NCBI GenBank assembly: GCA_964372275.1
Contig: CAYJRR010000007.1
Location: 1-64,000, forward strand
Source of the DNA: an uncultured bacterium
GTDB taxonomy: Bacteria > CAYJRR01
Reading direction: 5' to 3'
DNA: 64,000 nt
In this document: piece by piece, positions 18,716 to 28,200 of the stretch
Layout: each line of letters begins with the position of its first letter
Numbering within the stretch: position 1 is the stretch's first letter
Position numbers and translations under genes: made by a program
Notes under the pieces: model-generated
Database searches by the model: none
Seen by the model: the letters and a program-made list of their open reading frames with translations, nothing else
What the model was told of the DNA's origin: nothing

Positions 18716-19207
18716 ATGACGAATCGCATCCTCGCCGCCGTTCTGCTGGTCTCGATCTCGAGCCTGTCGGTCGCCTCTCCGGCGTGGGCTTCACGTGGGT
18801 TCGGTTCCGGATCGGCGATGGCCGTCGGTCCCTACTCCGAGGAGGGGGCCTTCCACGGGCCCCAGACGCCGGCCCTGTCGGCGATCGACATGCCGAAGAC
18901 GCTTGGGCCCTTCTCCAAGCGCGGCCTGCAGGGCCCCGGCGCGTGGCAGCGGATCCAAAGCGGTCTCTACGCCTTCTCCAACGTCACCACCTCGTTGTTC
19001 CAGGTCGTCTACATGGTCCAGATGCTCAAGTGGATGACGAGCGGTTTCGGCTGGGGCAATCGGACGCAGCCGCAGGTCGTCGTCGTCGACGGCTCCGGCA
19101 ACAACGTGCGCCGGGACGCGGCGACGGTCGCCGCGGTCGACCCCGGCCTCGAGGAGCGCAAGGCGAAGGCCGGCGACAAGACCAAGGGCTCCGGCGACGA
19201 CCGTTAG
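18716..19207 (+). CDS. Hypothetical secreted protein
   Basis: GGAGG RBS; signal peptide MTNRILAAVLLVSISSLSVASPAWA. Confidence 0.65.
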   Translation: MTNRILAAVLLVSISSLSVASPAWASRGFGSGSAMAVGPYSEEGAFHGPQTPALSAIDMPKTLGPFSKRGLQGPGAWQRIQSGLYAFSNVTTSLFQVVYMVQMLKWMTSGFGWGNRTQPQVVVVDGSGNNVRRDAATVAAVDPGLEERKAKAGDKTKGSGDDR

Positions 19208-19243
19208 CGCCCTTCGGGCTTCCTCGGGGCCTCCCCGAACCCC

Positions 19244-19819
19244 TTAGTCGGTCTTCGGGGCGGGGGCCGCGGCGGGGGGTGGTGCGGGTGCCGGCGCCTT
19301 CGCGCCGGGGCGTTCGAGGTGCTCGATCAGGACGCCGCTCGTCTGGCGGAGCCGCTGGCTCATCATCGTCGCGATCTTGGTGAGGAGCTGGAGCGCGAAG
19401 CGCGGGTTGATCGACGCCAGGCGCTCGAACGACGCTTTGGTCATCACCATCAACGTCGAGTCGGCGGCTGCGACGATCGTCGCCGAGCGCGGTTGTCCGT
19501 CGACGAGCGACATCTCGCCGAAGGTGCGCCCGGCCGGGATCACGGTGAGGACCTTCCGCACGCGCTCGGTGTCCATCTTCACCACGTTCACGCTGCCGGT
19601 GATCAGCGTGCACATGTAGGCCTCGTAGGCCCCTTCGTTGAAGATCGTCCCGCCGTTGTCGGCGGCGTAGACCGAGCAGTAGTTGGCCAGAACCTCGATC
19701 TCCTTGTAGGCGAACTCCTTCGCCCAGGCGGTCTTCTCGAGCATCTCGCAGCGGCTGACGAGGGTCGACGCCCGTTTCTTGAGGCAGGTGAGCCCGAGCT
19801 CCAGGGATTCGTCGGCCAA
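19244..19819 (-). CDS. Stand-alone cyclic nucleotide-binding domain protein
   Basis: IFNEG, GSVNV and GRTFGEMSLVDGQPRSAT; no C-terminal HTH; TTG start. Confidence 0.85.
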   Translation of the reverse strand: MADESLELGLTCLKKRASTLVSRCEMLEKTAWAKEFAYKEIEVLANYCSVYAADNGGTIFNEGAYEAYMCTLITGSVNVVKMDTERVRKVLTVIPAGRTFGEMSLVDGQPRSATIVAAADSTLMVMTKASFERLASINPRFALQLLTKIATMMSQRLRQTSGVLIEHLERPGAKAPAPAPPPAAAPAPKTD

Positions 19820-19872
19820 CGCTTCGAGATCCTCCGAGACTTTTGGACCGCTTCTTCATCATAGTCCAGCCG

Positions 19873-20607
19873 ATGGAACCGAGCTATCCGGATGCGTGGA
19901 CCGAGCGGACCCCGTGGGGGTGTCTCGCGGCCGTCCACGTGCCCGGCCCGACGGCGGGGCCCGCGCCGGCCGACCCCGCGGAGGCGGCGATCGCGCGCCT
20001 CGATCCGGCGGAGGCGGCGATCGCGCGCGGTCTACCGGGCCGGCGCCGGATCGAATGGGTCGGTGGCCGCCTCGCCTTCCGCCGCGCGCTCGCGGAGCTG
20101 GGGGTGGCGCCGGCGCCGCTCCTGGCGGAGGGGGGTGGGGCCCCGATCCCGCCCCCCGGGATCGCGGTCTCGATCTCGCACAAGGAGACGCTTGCCGCCG
20201 CGCTGGTCGCGCGCGACGAGGGCGCGACGCTCGGCCTCGACCTCGAGCGGCGGCTCCCCGCGCGTCCCGCGATCGCGGCGCGCGTCCTCACCGACGCGGA
20301 GCGGCGTTCGGTCGACGCCCTGCCGGAGGGGGCGCGTTGGGAAGCGGTGCTCGCGCGCTTCGCGGTGAAGGAGGCACTCTACAAGGCGCTCTACCCGCGC
20401 GTGCGCCGCTACGTGCGATTCGAGGAGGCCGAGGTCGAGGTCGACGGCCCGACCGGCGGAGCCGAGCCTGGCCGCGGACGAACGCCACGCGTTCTCCTGC
20501 GCTTGTCCGGCGGCGAGGGGCCCTACGACGTCGAGGCAGAGGTCGCCTTGCGGGACGAATGGCTCATCGCGATGACGCGGATCCGTTCTCGCGGTACCAC
20601 TCGCTGA
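19873..20607 (+). CDS. 4'-phosphopantetheinyl transferase (EntD/Sfp-type), probable activator of the Pfa ACPs
   Basis: RRIEWVGGR, SISHK, LGLDLE and FAVKEALYKALYP; adjacent to the pfa/ole cluster. Confidence 0.85.
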   Translation: MEPSYPDAWTERTPWGCLAAVHVPGPTAGPAPADPAEAAIARLDPAEAAIARGLPGRRRIEWVGGRLAFRRALAELGVAPAPLLAEGGGAPIPPPGIAVSISHKETLAAALVARDEGATLGLDLERRLPARPAIAARVLTDAERRSVDALPEGARWEAVLARFAVKEALYKALYPRVRRYVRFEEAEVEVDGPTGGAEPGRGRTPRVLLRLSGGEGPYDVEAEVALRDEWLIAMTRIRSRGTTR

Positions 20608-21586
20608 CGCGGCGCAGCCCCTCGTCGATCGAGACACGCGGCTCGTAGCCGAGGTCGCGCCGGGCGGCGGAGATGTCGAACCATTGCGCGTGCGCCAGCT
20701 GGGAGGCGCCGAAGCGGGTGATGAACGGCTCGCGGTCGATGCGCAGCAGCCGGTGCGCCGCCTCGAGCGCGGCCCCCGCGGCGTAGGCGACGCCGGCGGG
20801 AACCCGGCCGCGGATCGGGGGATGTCCGGCGGCGCCGAGGAGACGGTCGGCCATCGTCCAGACCCCGACCGGCGCACCGTCGCTGACGAAGTAGACGCGG
20901 CCGCCGATCGGGCGCCCGCCGAGCAGGCGATCCGCGGCGAGGAGGTGGGCGTCGACGCAGTTGTCGACGTAGATCGTGTCGACGAGCGGGTCGCGCGATC
21001 CGATCCGCCGGAGCTTGCCGCGGCGCGCGCGGTCGAGCAGCCGCGGGAGCAGGTGGCGATCGCCCGGTCCCCAGATCAGGTGCGGGCGTAGGGCGACGAC
21101 GGCGGGCGCTCCGGGGCCGGCCGTTGGAGCGCTCGCGTCGAGCGCCAGCCGCTCGCCGGCGGCCTTGGTGCGCGGGTAGTCGGCGGTGTAGCGGGCGGGG
21201 GGCGCGATCGACTCGTCCGCCCCTTCGATGTCGGCGCGTCCGTGCACCACGCTCGGGGTGCTGGTGTGGACGATCGCCCGGACCCCGCCGGCCTTGGCCC
21301 CCTCGACAACGTTCCTCGTGCCGCCGACGTTGATCGCCTCGTACTCCGCCGGGTCCCCCCAACCGCCGGCCTTGGCGGCGACGTGGAAGACGACGTCGAC
21401 GCCGCGGCAGGCCTCGGCGACCGAGGCCGCATCGCGCACGTCGCCGCGCCGCACCTCGCAGCCGGCCGCAGAAAGCGCCGGGTAGTCGCCGCGCGCCAGC
21501 ACCCGCACCGCGTCGTCGCGCGACCGCAGGCGCCGCACGATCGCCTCGCCGAGGAACCCGCCGCCGCCGGTGACCAGCGCCTTCAC
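20564..21586 (-). CDS. oleD: OleD-like 2-alkyl-3-oxoalkanoate reductase (3-beta-HSD-like SDR)
   Basis: ALVTGGGGFLG, HVAAKAGGWG, TSTPSVV, YPRTK and LRPHLIWGPGD; follows oleC. Confidence 0.85.
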   Translation of the reverse strand: MKALVTGGGGFLGEAIVRRLRSRDDAVRVLARGDYPALSAAGCEVRRGDVRDAASVAEACRGVDVVFHVAAKAGGWGDPAEYEAINVGGTRNVVEGAKAGGVRAIVHTSTPSVVHGRADIEGADESIAPPARYTADYPRTKAAGERLALDASAPTAGPGAPAVVALRPHLIWGPGDRHLLPRLLDRARRGKLRRIGSRDPLVDTIYVDNCVDAHLLAADRLLGGRPIGGRVYFVSDGAPVGVWTMADRLLGAAGHPPIRGRVPAGVAYAAGAALEAAHRLLRIDREPFITRFGASQLAHAQWFDISAARRDLGYEPRVSIDEGLRRVSEWYRENGSASSR

Positions 21587-23265
21587 GGAGAGATCCCGCC
21601 CGCCGCTTTTCGTCGACGCGCCGCCGCGCCTCCGACGCGGGATTCGGCCCAGACCGTGAGCGTCTCGCGCTCGATCTTGGCGTTGTGGCGGACGTCGACC
21701 GGAAGCGGCTTCTCGTGGAGGAGGATCGTCGTCACCGCGGAGGTGACGGGGTTCGCCGCGCCGAGGTCGAGAAGCTCGCGGACGAGCCGCGCGCGGTCGA
21801 ATCCGTTCGCCGCCGCCTCCGGCTCCACCAGCAGCACGGGGCGCTGCGCGCCGGGCGCGCCAACGCCGACCAGCGCGGTGCGGCGGACGGCCGGGTGCCG
21901 GTTGAACACCTCCTCGACCGGCACGGTGAACAGGGTGCCCGCCGCCGTCTCGACGCGGTGCCCCTTCCGTCCGCACATCCAGAGACGCCCCGTTTCGTCG
22001 AGGTAGCCCACGTCCCCCATGCGATGGACGACGTCCGCTCCGTCACAGATCTTGGCGAGGCGCGTCTGCTGCGGCCGGGCGTGGTACTCCCGCGTGACGA
22101 CCGGTCCCCGCACGGTGATCTCGCCGATCCGGCCCTGCGGGAGGAGGAGCTCGTCCGACCAGCGCTCGATCGGATCGTCGGTGATCCCCACGATCCGGAC
22201 GTCGATCCCGGGAGCCGGGCGCCCGACGCAGACCCCGCGGCCGGCGGCGGTGAGGGCGTGCGTTTCGGCCAGCACCTCGGCGCTGCCGATGCTCGCCACC
22301 GGAAGCGATTCGGTGGCGCCGAACGGCGTGAAGACCTGCGCATCCCCCTCGAGCATCGCCTGGGCGCGCCGGAGGATGTCGACGCGGACCGGCGCGCCGG
22401 CCGAGAGGATCCGGCGGAGCGTCGGCAGTCGGATCGCGCCGCGTTCGGCGTGGCGGCTCACGACGTCGAGGAGCGCCGGCGATGCGAAGAGGCTGGTGCA
22501 GCGGTGCGCGCGGACCGCGGCCACGATCTTCGCCGGGTCGGCCTTCGCCGGATGGCGGAAGTCCATCTCCGGGAGGACCGCCGTCATCCCCAGCGCCGGA
22601 TCGAACAGGGCGAACAGCGGAAAGGTCGGGAGATCGATCTCGCCGGGCTCGATCCGGTAGAGGTCGCGGATCAGCCGCACCTGGGCGTCGAAGATCCCGT
22701 GGGTGTAGACCGCCCCCTTGGGGATCCCGGTGCTCCCGGAGGTGAAGAGGATGGCGGCCACGTCGTCGGGGGCGGTGGCGGCCATCTCGTACGGTTCGTC
22801 GCCACCGAGTCGGCGCAGATCGTCGAGGTCGTGCCCGCCCCAGCCGAGGCGGCGGCCGACGGTGACGAGCGCGCGCACGCGCCGGAACGGGCGGCGCACG
22901 GCCAGCCGGACGAGGTGCGCCGCCGGGATCCCGATGAACGCTTCGGCCTCGACTTCGGCGAGGCATTGGATCAGCGCACGCTTCCCCAGCCCGGGGTCGA
23001 TGAGGACGAGCACCGCGCCGACCTTGAACAGGGCGAAGACGAGCGGGAAAAAGTCGCGGTTCGGCGGGACGAACAGCACCGTCCGCACGCCGCGGCGGAT
23101 CCCGACCCGCTCGAGGCCGCGCGCGAGGCGGTCGCTCTCGCGGTCGAGGTCGGCGAAGGTGAGTGACCGCCACGCGTCGTTCCCCGCCGGCTCCACGATC
23201 GCCGCGCGATCGGGTTGATGTCGCGCCATTGCCGGCAGGTGCGAGGCGATGTTGCACGAGCTCAC
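21583..23265 (-). CDS. oleC: OleC-like olefin beta-lactone synthetase (AMP-forming)
   Basis: NIASHL, LIDPGLG, AAILFTSGSTGIPKG, DLPTFPLFALF, TPFGATESLP, HRMGDVGY and PVDVRHNAKI. Confidence 0.9.
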   Translation of the reverse strand: MSSCNIASHLPAMARHQPDRAAIVEPAGNDAWRSLTFADLDRESDRLARGLERVGIRRGVRTVLFVPPNRDFFPLVFALFKVGAVLVLIDPGLGKRALIQCLAEVEAEAFIGIPAAHLVRLAVRRPFRRVRALVTVGRRLGWGGHDLDDLRRLGGDEPYEMAATAPDDVAAILFTSGSTGIPKGAVYTHGIFDAQVRLIRDLYRIEPGEIDLPTFPLFALFDPALGMTAVLPEMDFRHPAKADPAKIVAAVRAHRCTSLFASPALLDVVSRHAERGAIRLPTLRRILSAGAPVRVDILRRAQAMLEGDAQVFTPFGATESLPVASIGSAEVLAETHALTAAGRGVCVGRPAPGIDVRIVGITDDPIERWSDELLLPQGRIGEITVRGPVVTREYHARPQQTRLAKICDGADVVHRMGDVGYLDETGRLWMCGRKGHRVETAAGTLFTVPVEEVFNRHPAVRRTALVGVGAPGAQRPVLLVEPEAAANGFDRARLVRELLDLGAANPVTSAVTTILLHEKPLPVDVRHNAKIERETLTVWAESRVGGAAARRRKAAGGISP

Positions 23266-24188
23266 GCCCGGGCCTCGGCGAGCGGGTGGCGGGCGAGGAA
23301 GTCGCGCACGCGCGGGACGATCTCCTCGTGCGCGTCTTCGAGGACGAAGTGGCCGGCATCGGGGAAAGTGTGGATCTCGGCCTCGGGCAGTCGGCGGCGC
23401 CACTCGGCGAGGAAGTGGTCGTCGAAGACGAAGTCGCGGCCGCCCCAGCACACCAGCGTCGGGACCCCTCGCAGCGCCGTGAGCTTCCGGGAGACCTCCT
23501 CGACCAGCGGCCAGCTGCGGTCGCCGGGCCTCAGGGGGATGTCCTCGACGAAGCGGTGGACCGCGATGCGGTGGCTCCATGAATCGTACGGGGCGAGGTA
23601 GGCGCGGCGGACGTCGCGCGTCATGCGTCCGGGGCGCGTGGAGCATGTATAGGTGGCGCCGACCGCGAAGGCGTTGACCGCGCGCAGGGGCGCCGTCAGC
23701 CACGGGACGTTCCTCACCAGCGCGATCTGCCAGGGGAGCGCGCGCCCCGGCGGGAGTCCGAACCCGGCGGTGTTGAGCAGCACCAGTCGGCGCACCCGCT
23801 CCGGATGGCGCACGGCGTAGACCAGCCCGATCATCCCGCCCCAGTCGTGCATCACCAGCGTCAGGTCGCGCTCGATCCCCTCGCGTTCGAAGAGCCGCTC
23901 CAGGTCGGCGACGCGCCGCTCGAGTACGTAGTCGTAGCGGCGGTCGTCCGGCTTGTCCGATAGCCCGCAGCCGACGTGGTCGGGGACCACCACTCGGTAA
24001 CGGTCCGAGAGGCCGCGCACCAGGTGGCGCCAGTAGAACGACCAGGTCGGATTCCCGTGCAGCATCGCCACCGGCTCGCCTCGGCCCTCGTCGAGGTAGT
24101 GCAGGCGGACGCCACCGCCGACGTCGACGCGCTTCCCCTGCCACGGGTAGGCGGCGCGAAAGCTCGCGCTCTCGAACACCGCACTCAC
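23262..24188 (-). CDS. oleB: OleB-like beta-lactone decarboxylase (haloalkane dehalogenase fold)
   Basis: HYLDEG, HGNPTWSFYWR, PDHVGCGLSDKP, HDWGG and AGHFVLED. Confidence 0.9.
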   Translation of the reverse strand: MSAVFESASFRAAYPWQGKRVDVGGGVRLHYLDEGRGEPVAMLHGNPTWSFYWRHLVRGLSDRYRVVVPDHVGCGLSDKPDDRRYDYVLERRVADLERLFEREGIERDLTLVMHDWGGMIGLVYAVRHPERVRRLVLLNTAGFGLPPGRALPWQIALVRNVPWLTAPLRAVNAFAVGATYTCSTRPGRMTRDVRRAYLAPYDSWSHRIAVHRFVEDIPLRPGDRSWPLVEEVSRKLTALRGVPTLVCWGGRDFVFDDHFLAEWRRRLPEAEIHTFPDAGHFVLEDAHEEIVPRVRDFLARHPLAEARA

Positions 24189-25225
24189 CACCGGACCCCG
24201 AGCATCATGCAGTTGAGGCCGCTGCCGATCCCGAGGAAGCCGACCCGATCGCCGGAGACGAGGAAGCCGTCCTCGTCGGCCCGCGCCGCGGTGATCGGGA
24301 GCGCGACGGTGCCCGTGTTCCCGAGGAAGTCGAAGGTCGAGTAGTCCTTGGCTTCGGGGATCCCCAGCGCGTCGAGAACCGTCGACCGGTGCGATTTCGC
24401 CACCTGGTGACAGATCACCTTGTCGACGTCCTCGGCTCGCCACTCGAGCTCCCGCAGGAAGCGCTCCCAGGTCCGCTTCCCGAGCGCGACGCCATGGACC
24501 ATGACCTGCGAGGCGTCGGTCTCCATGCGGTTGGGCGTGACGCCGAGGAGACCGGCCTCCGGACCCCATCGGCAGAGGAGGTGATGACGCGTTTCGGCCA
24601 GCACCATCCCGCCGACCAGCCGGCGTTGGGTGTCGGAGAGCGTGGGATGGGTGAGCACCACCGCCACCGCCCCCGAGCCGCCGGTCATGGTGGCGAAACT
24701 CAGGCGGTAGCGTTCGAGCGAACGGTCCGCGACCATCCGCGCGATCGTAGCGTCGACGATCTCGCGCGAGCTCTCCGCCGAGACGACGATGCCGGCCCGG
24801 ATCTGCCCCAGCTCGATCCGGTTCGCGATCTCGATCATGCCGTTCAGCACGCCGAGGCAGGCATTGGCGACGTCGTAAACCAGGCAGTCGGACGGCGCCC
24901 CGAGCCGGTCGGCCACGGCGCAGGCGGTGGCCGGTTCGAGGTGGTCGCGGCAGACGCCGGCGTAGACCACCGCCCCCAGCCGGTCGCCTCCGATCCCCGC
25001 CTTGGAGAGCGCCTTGGCGCCGGCGCGCGCCGCGCACTCCGCCATGCTGGGGGAGGGAGGCCACACGCGCCGCTCCCGGATCCCGGTCAGCGTCTCCAGT
25101 TGCCCCTTCCCGAGCTTCAGTGCCTCGTAGAGCGGCACCAGCCGCGCCTCGATCGCCTCGGAGGTGACGACCTCCTCGGGGAGCTCGTAGCCGATCGACT
25201 CGAGGCAGACGTTCGACCAACGCAT
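24185..25225 (-). CDS. oleA: OleA acyl-CoA:acyl-CoA condensing enzyme (thiolase/KASIII fold)
   Basis: TGIRERR, LEPATA (catalytic Glu), DVANACLG (Cys), ICHQV (His) and LGIGSGLNC. Confidence 0.92.
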   Translation of the reverse strand: MRWSNVCLESIGYELPEEVVTSEAIEARLVPLYEALKLGKGQLETLTGIRERRVWPPSPSMAECAARAGAKALSKAGIGGDRLGAVVYAGVCRDHLEPATACAVADRLGAPSDCLVYDVANACLGVLNGMIEIANRIELGQIRAGIVVSAESSREIVDATIARMVADRSLERYRLSFATMTGGSGAVAVVLTHPTLSDTQRRLVGGMVLAETRHHLLCRWGPEAGLLGVTPNRMETDASQVMVHGVALGKRTWERFLRELEWRAEDVDKVICHQVAKSHRSTVLDALGIPEAKDYSTFDFLGNTGTVALPITAARADEDGFLVSGDRVGFLGIGSGLNCMMLGVRW

Positions 25226-25228
25226 TTC

Positions 25229-28200
25229 TTAGGTGTCCTCGACCAGCCGGAGCGCGAACCGTTTCATGGAGTAGATGACGCGGCCGTCGACGGCAAGCTG
25301 TCCGTCGGCGATCACCACCGGCTCCGGCCCCTCCTCGACGCCGACGATCTGCGCGGCGACGGTCACCAGACGGTCGCTGGGGAGCACCTGGCCGCGGTAG
25401 GTCCAGCGGTGCTCGCGGCCGAGCGCCAGCACCTGGAACCGGCGGCTCTCGGCCAACGCCTTGTACCGCTCGCGCGCGTAGACCTTGAGGAGCTGGATCA
25501 GCGCCTCGAGTCCGAGCGAACCCGGCATCACCGGATCCTGGTAGAAGTGCGCCGCGAAGAACCACTCGTCGGGATCGACCTTCTTCGAGCCGGCGACGAA
25601 GCCGAACCCGTTGGGGCCCCCGTCGAGCGAAAGGGCGTCGATCCGGTCGACCATCGAGAAGGCGGTGGCGGGGAGCGCCAGGCGAGCCTTGGCCGGCGGC
25701 GGACCGACCGCGTCGTCGGGCCGGACCGGGGCCAGGCGCGGCAGTCCGAACGAGCGGCCGAACCCTTTCCAGCGCTCGGCGCCGCGGATGCCGACCTGCT
25801 GCGCCAGCGCGCTCGCCGGGAAGAAGCCGAAGTCGGTGTTCCCGCGGTAGACCGGATCGCGGCCGGCGAGGATCTCCATGTCGAACTTCTGCAGGATCAT
25901 TCCGCCGGCTTGCGACGTCTTGGTGAGACGCGCGCGCATGGTGAGGGTTCCGGTCGAGGGGGTCACCTCCCGGAAGGCGGTCGCGGTGCCGTCGAGGTTG
26001 CGGAAGTGCAGGTCGTCATCGCTCGTGAGCGCCGAGCCGAGGTAGGCCGCCAGCCAACCGCACGGTTGCAACGCCGCCTCCAACAGCACGGCGAACGGCA
26101 TCACCGGCTGTCCGCTGGCCCGGAAGTACCACGCGTCGGGCGGCACGTCGTACTCGCAGGTGACCCACCCCCCCGGCTCGAGGATCCACGGCTTCGGCTC
26201 GCAGGCGGTCACACGGTCGACGAAGAGATAGGGAGGACCGGGAAGGCGGGCGAGGCGGCGCTCCTTGTCGAAGACGCGGTAGGGCTCGCCGAAGCAGGCG
26301 GAGGGGTCGCCGATGGAGTAGGCGAGGATCTGCTCGCGGGAAAAAAGCGGCGCGACGGAGGCGGCGGCCGGGGTCGCGGCCGAGGCCGGAACGGCGACCG
26401 GTACCGGGGACGCGACCGAGACCGAATCGGCGACCGCGTGCGAGGGAGGACCCTGCTGCGGGGTCTCCGCGCGGGCGGCCCAGAAACGCTCGAGGCCCTC
26501 CTTCGTCAGTCCCCGCACCCGCACCGACATGCTCTCCATCTCCACCACGTGCCTCCCGTCGGCGAACATCGACGCGTCGGCGAGGACGTAGGGCTCGGGG
26601 TCGTAGCCGATCTCCTTGAGCTCGATGCGGTAGGTGACCTTCTTCGTCTCGGGGATCACCTGTCCGCGGCAGCGAAGGCGACTGGCGATTCCTTCCACCG
26701 GCGCGTAGTGCAGGTCGGCGCCGTCGCCGTCGGTCGCGATCCAGCCCATGCGGAGGAGCAGCACGCGGAGGGTGTGCAGGCAGCACTCGTACATCAAGGT
26801 GCCGGGCATCACCGGGTCGTCGGAGAAGTGGCAGGTGAGGAACCAGTCGTCGGGATGGATGTCGGCCTCGCCGATCACCTGCCCCAGGCCGAAGCGGCCG
26901 CCGTCCGGGTCGAGGTCGACGATGCGATCGACCAGGCGCATCCGGCCCGACGGAAGGCGCAGGCGGGGATCGAGCGAAAGTCCATCGAAGGCCGGTCCGA
27001 AGCAGGCGGCGAGATCGCCGCGGCGCAGCGCCTCGACCTGCGCGTCGCCGTAGGTGTCGTCGTACCGCTCGCGCTCCTTCGGGACGAGCGGCGTGAACGG
27101 CGCGGTCGGCTTTCCGTCGGGCCCGAGACGCCGCGCCGGCCGCTCGTCCGGAAGGTCGCCGACGATGCCGCGTCCTTCGCGCAGCTGCGCGTCGCTGAAG
27201 AACCCCGCGCAACCGTCGTACATGGTGATGAACGGCGAGCCTGCGATCGTTCCGTCGAAGCGGAAGAAGAAGAGCCAGGTCTCCCCCTGGCGGATGAAAC
27301 GGTCGATCCGGATGTCATAGCGGATCGTCTCCCCCGGGACCGGAAGGTCGCGGTGGAAGACGATCTTTGCGTCGAGGAGTCGGTAGACGCGAAGCCCCTT
27401 CGTCTGGTGGTCGATCCCCAGGTATCCGGAGAGGAACAGGTCGGCCTGCCCCGCCTCGACGCTGATGCAGACCGGCGCCCGCCCGCCGTCGAGGTACCAG
27501 GCGCCGGATACGACGTCGTGCTCGGTGACGACGGCTCCGGAGGTCATCGAGTCGGGCTCCCCCTCCACCTCCACGATCCGGTCGACCAGCATCAGCGGCT
27601 CGTCCGGAAGGCGGACCCGGGTCGGATGCGCGTCGACGTCGGCGAAGCGGGGACCGAGCATCTTCCCGATCGATCCGATCGCGAACTCCATGCACAGGGC
27701 GCGGTCGAACGCGGGGGCGGCGGTCGGGGTGGTGGCGGCCGCGGCCGTGGATCGGATCGCGGTACCGTTCGCGGGGATGGCCGAGAGTCCGCGCGAAGGG
27801 AGGGCGCGCGCGAGCGCCTCGATCATCCGTTGCTGTTCGAGCAACGCCTCGCGCTGGAGCGCGACGTAACGCGCATTGAGCTGGAGGAACGCCTCGTGGG
27901 CCGCGGCCGCCGCCGCCGCCGAGGCCAGCGGAGACGGGACGCCGGGTGGAAGCGGGCGCATGGCGAGCGCGACACCCGCCGCGAAGGCGGCCGGGGTCGC
28001 GGTCGCGGCCCAGGCCGAATCGGCGACCGAGGGATGACCCTGCTGCGGTAAACCGTTCGTAGAAGGGTCCTCCCACGGACGCGGTTTCGGACTCGGCCGC
28101 GGTCCCGGAACCGGACGCGGATCGGATTCGGCCACCGATTCGGATTCGGCTTCGGGTTCGGCAACGGCCTCGGCTACGGCTACGGGTACGGGTACGGCCA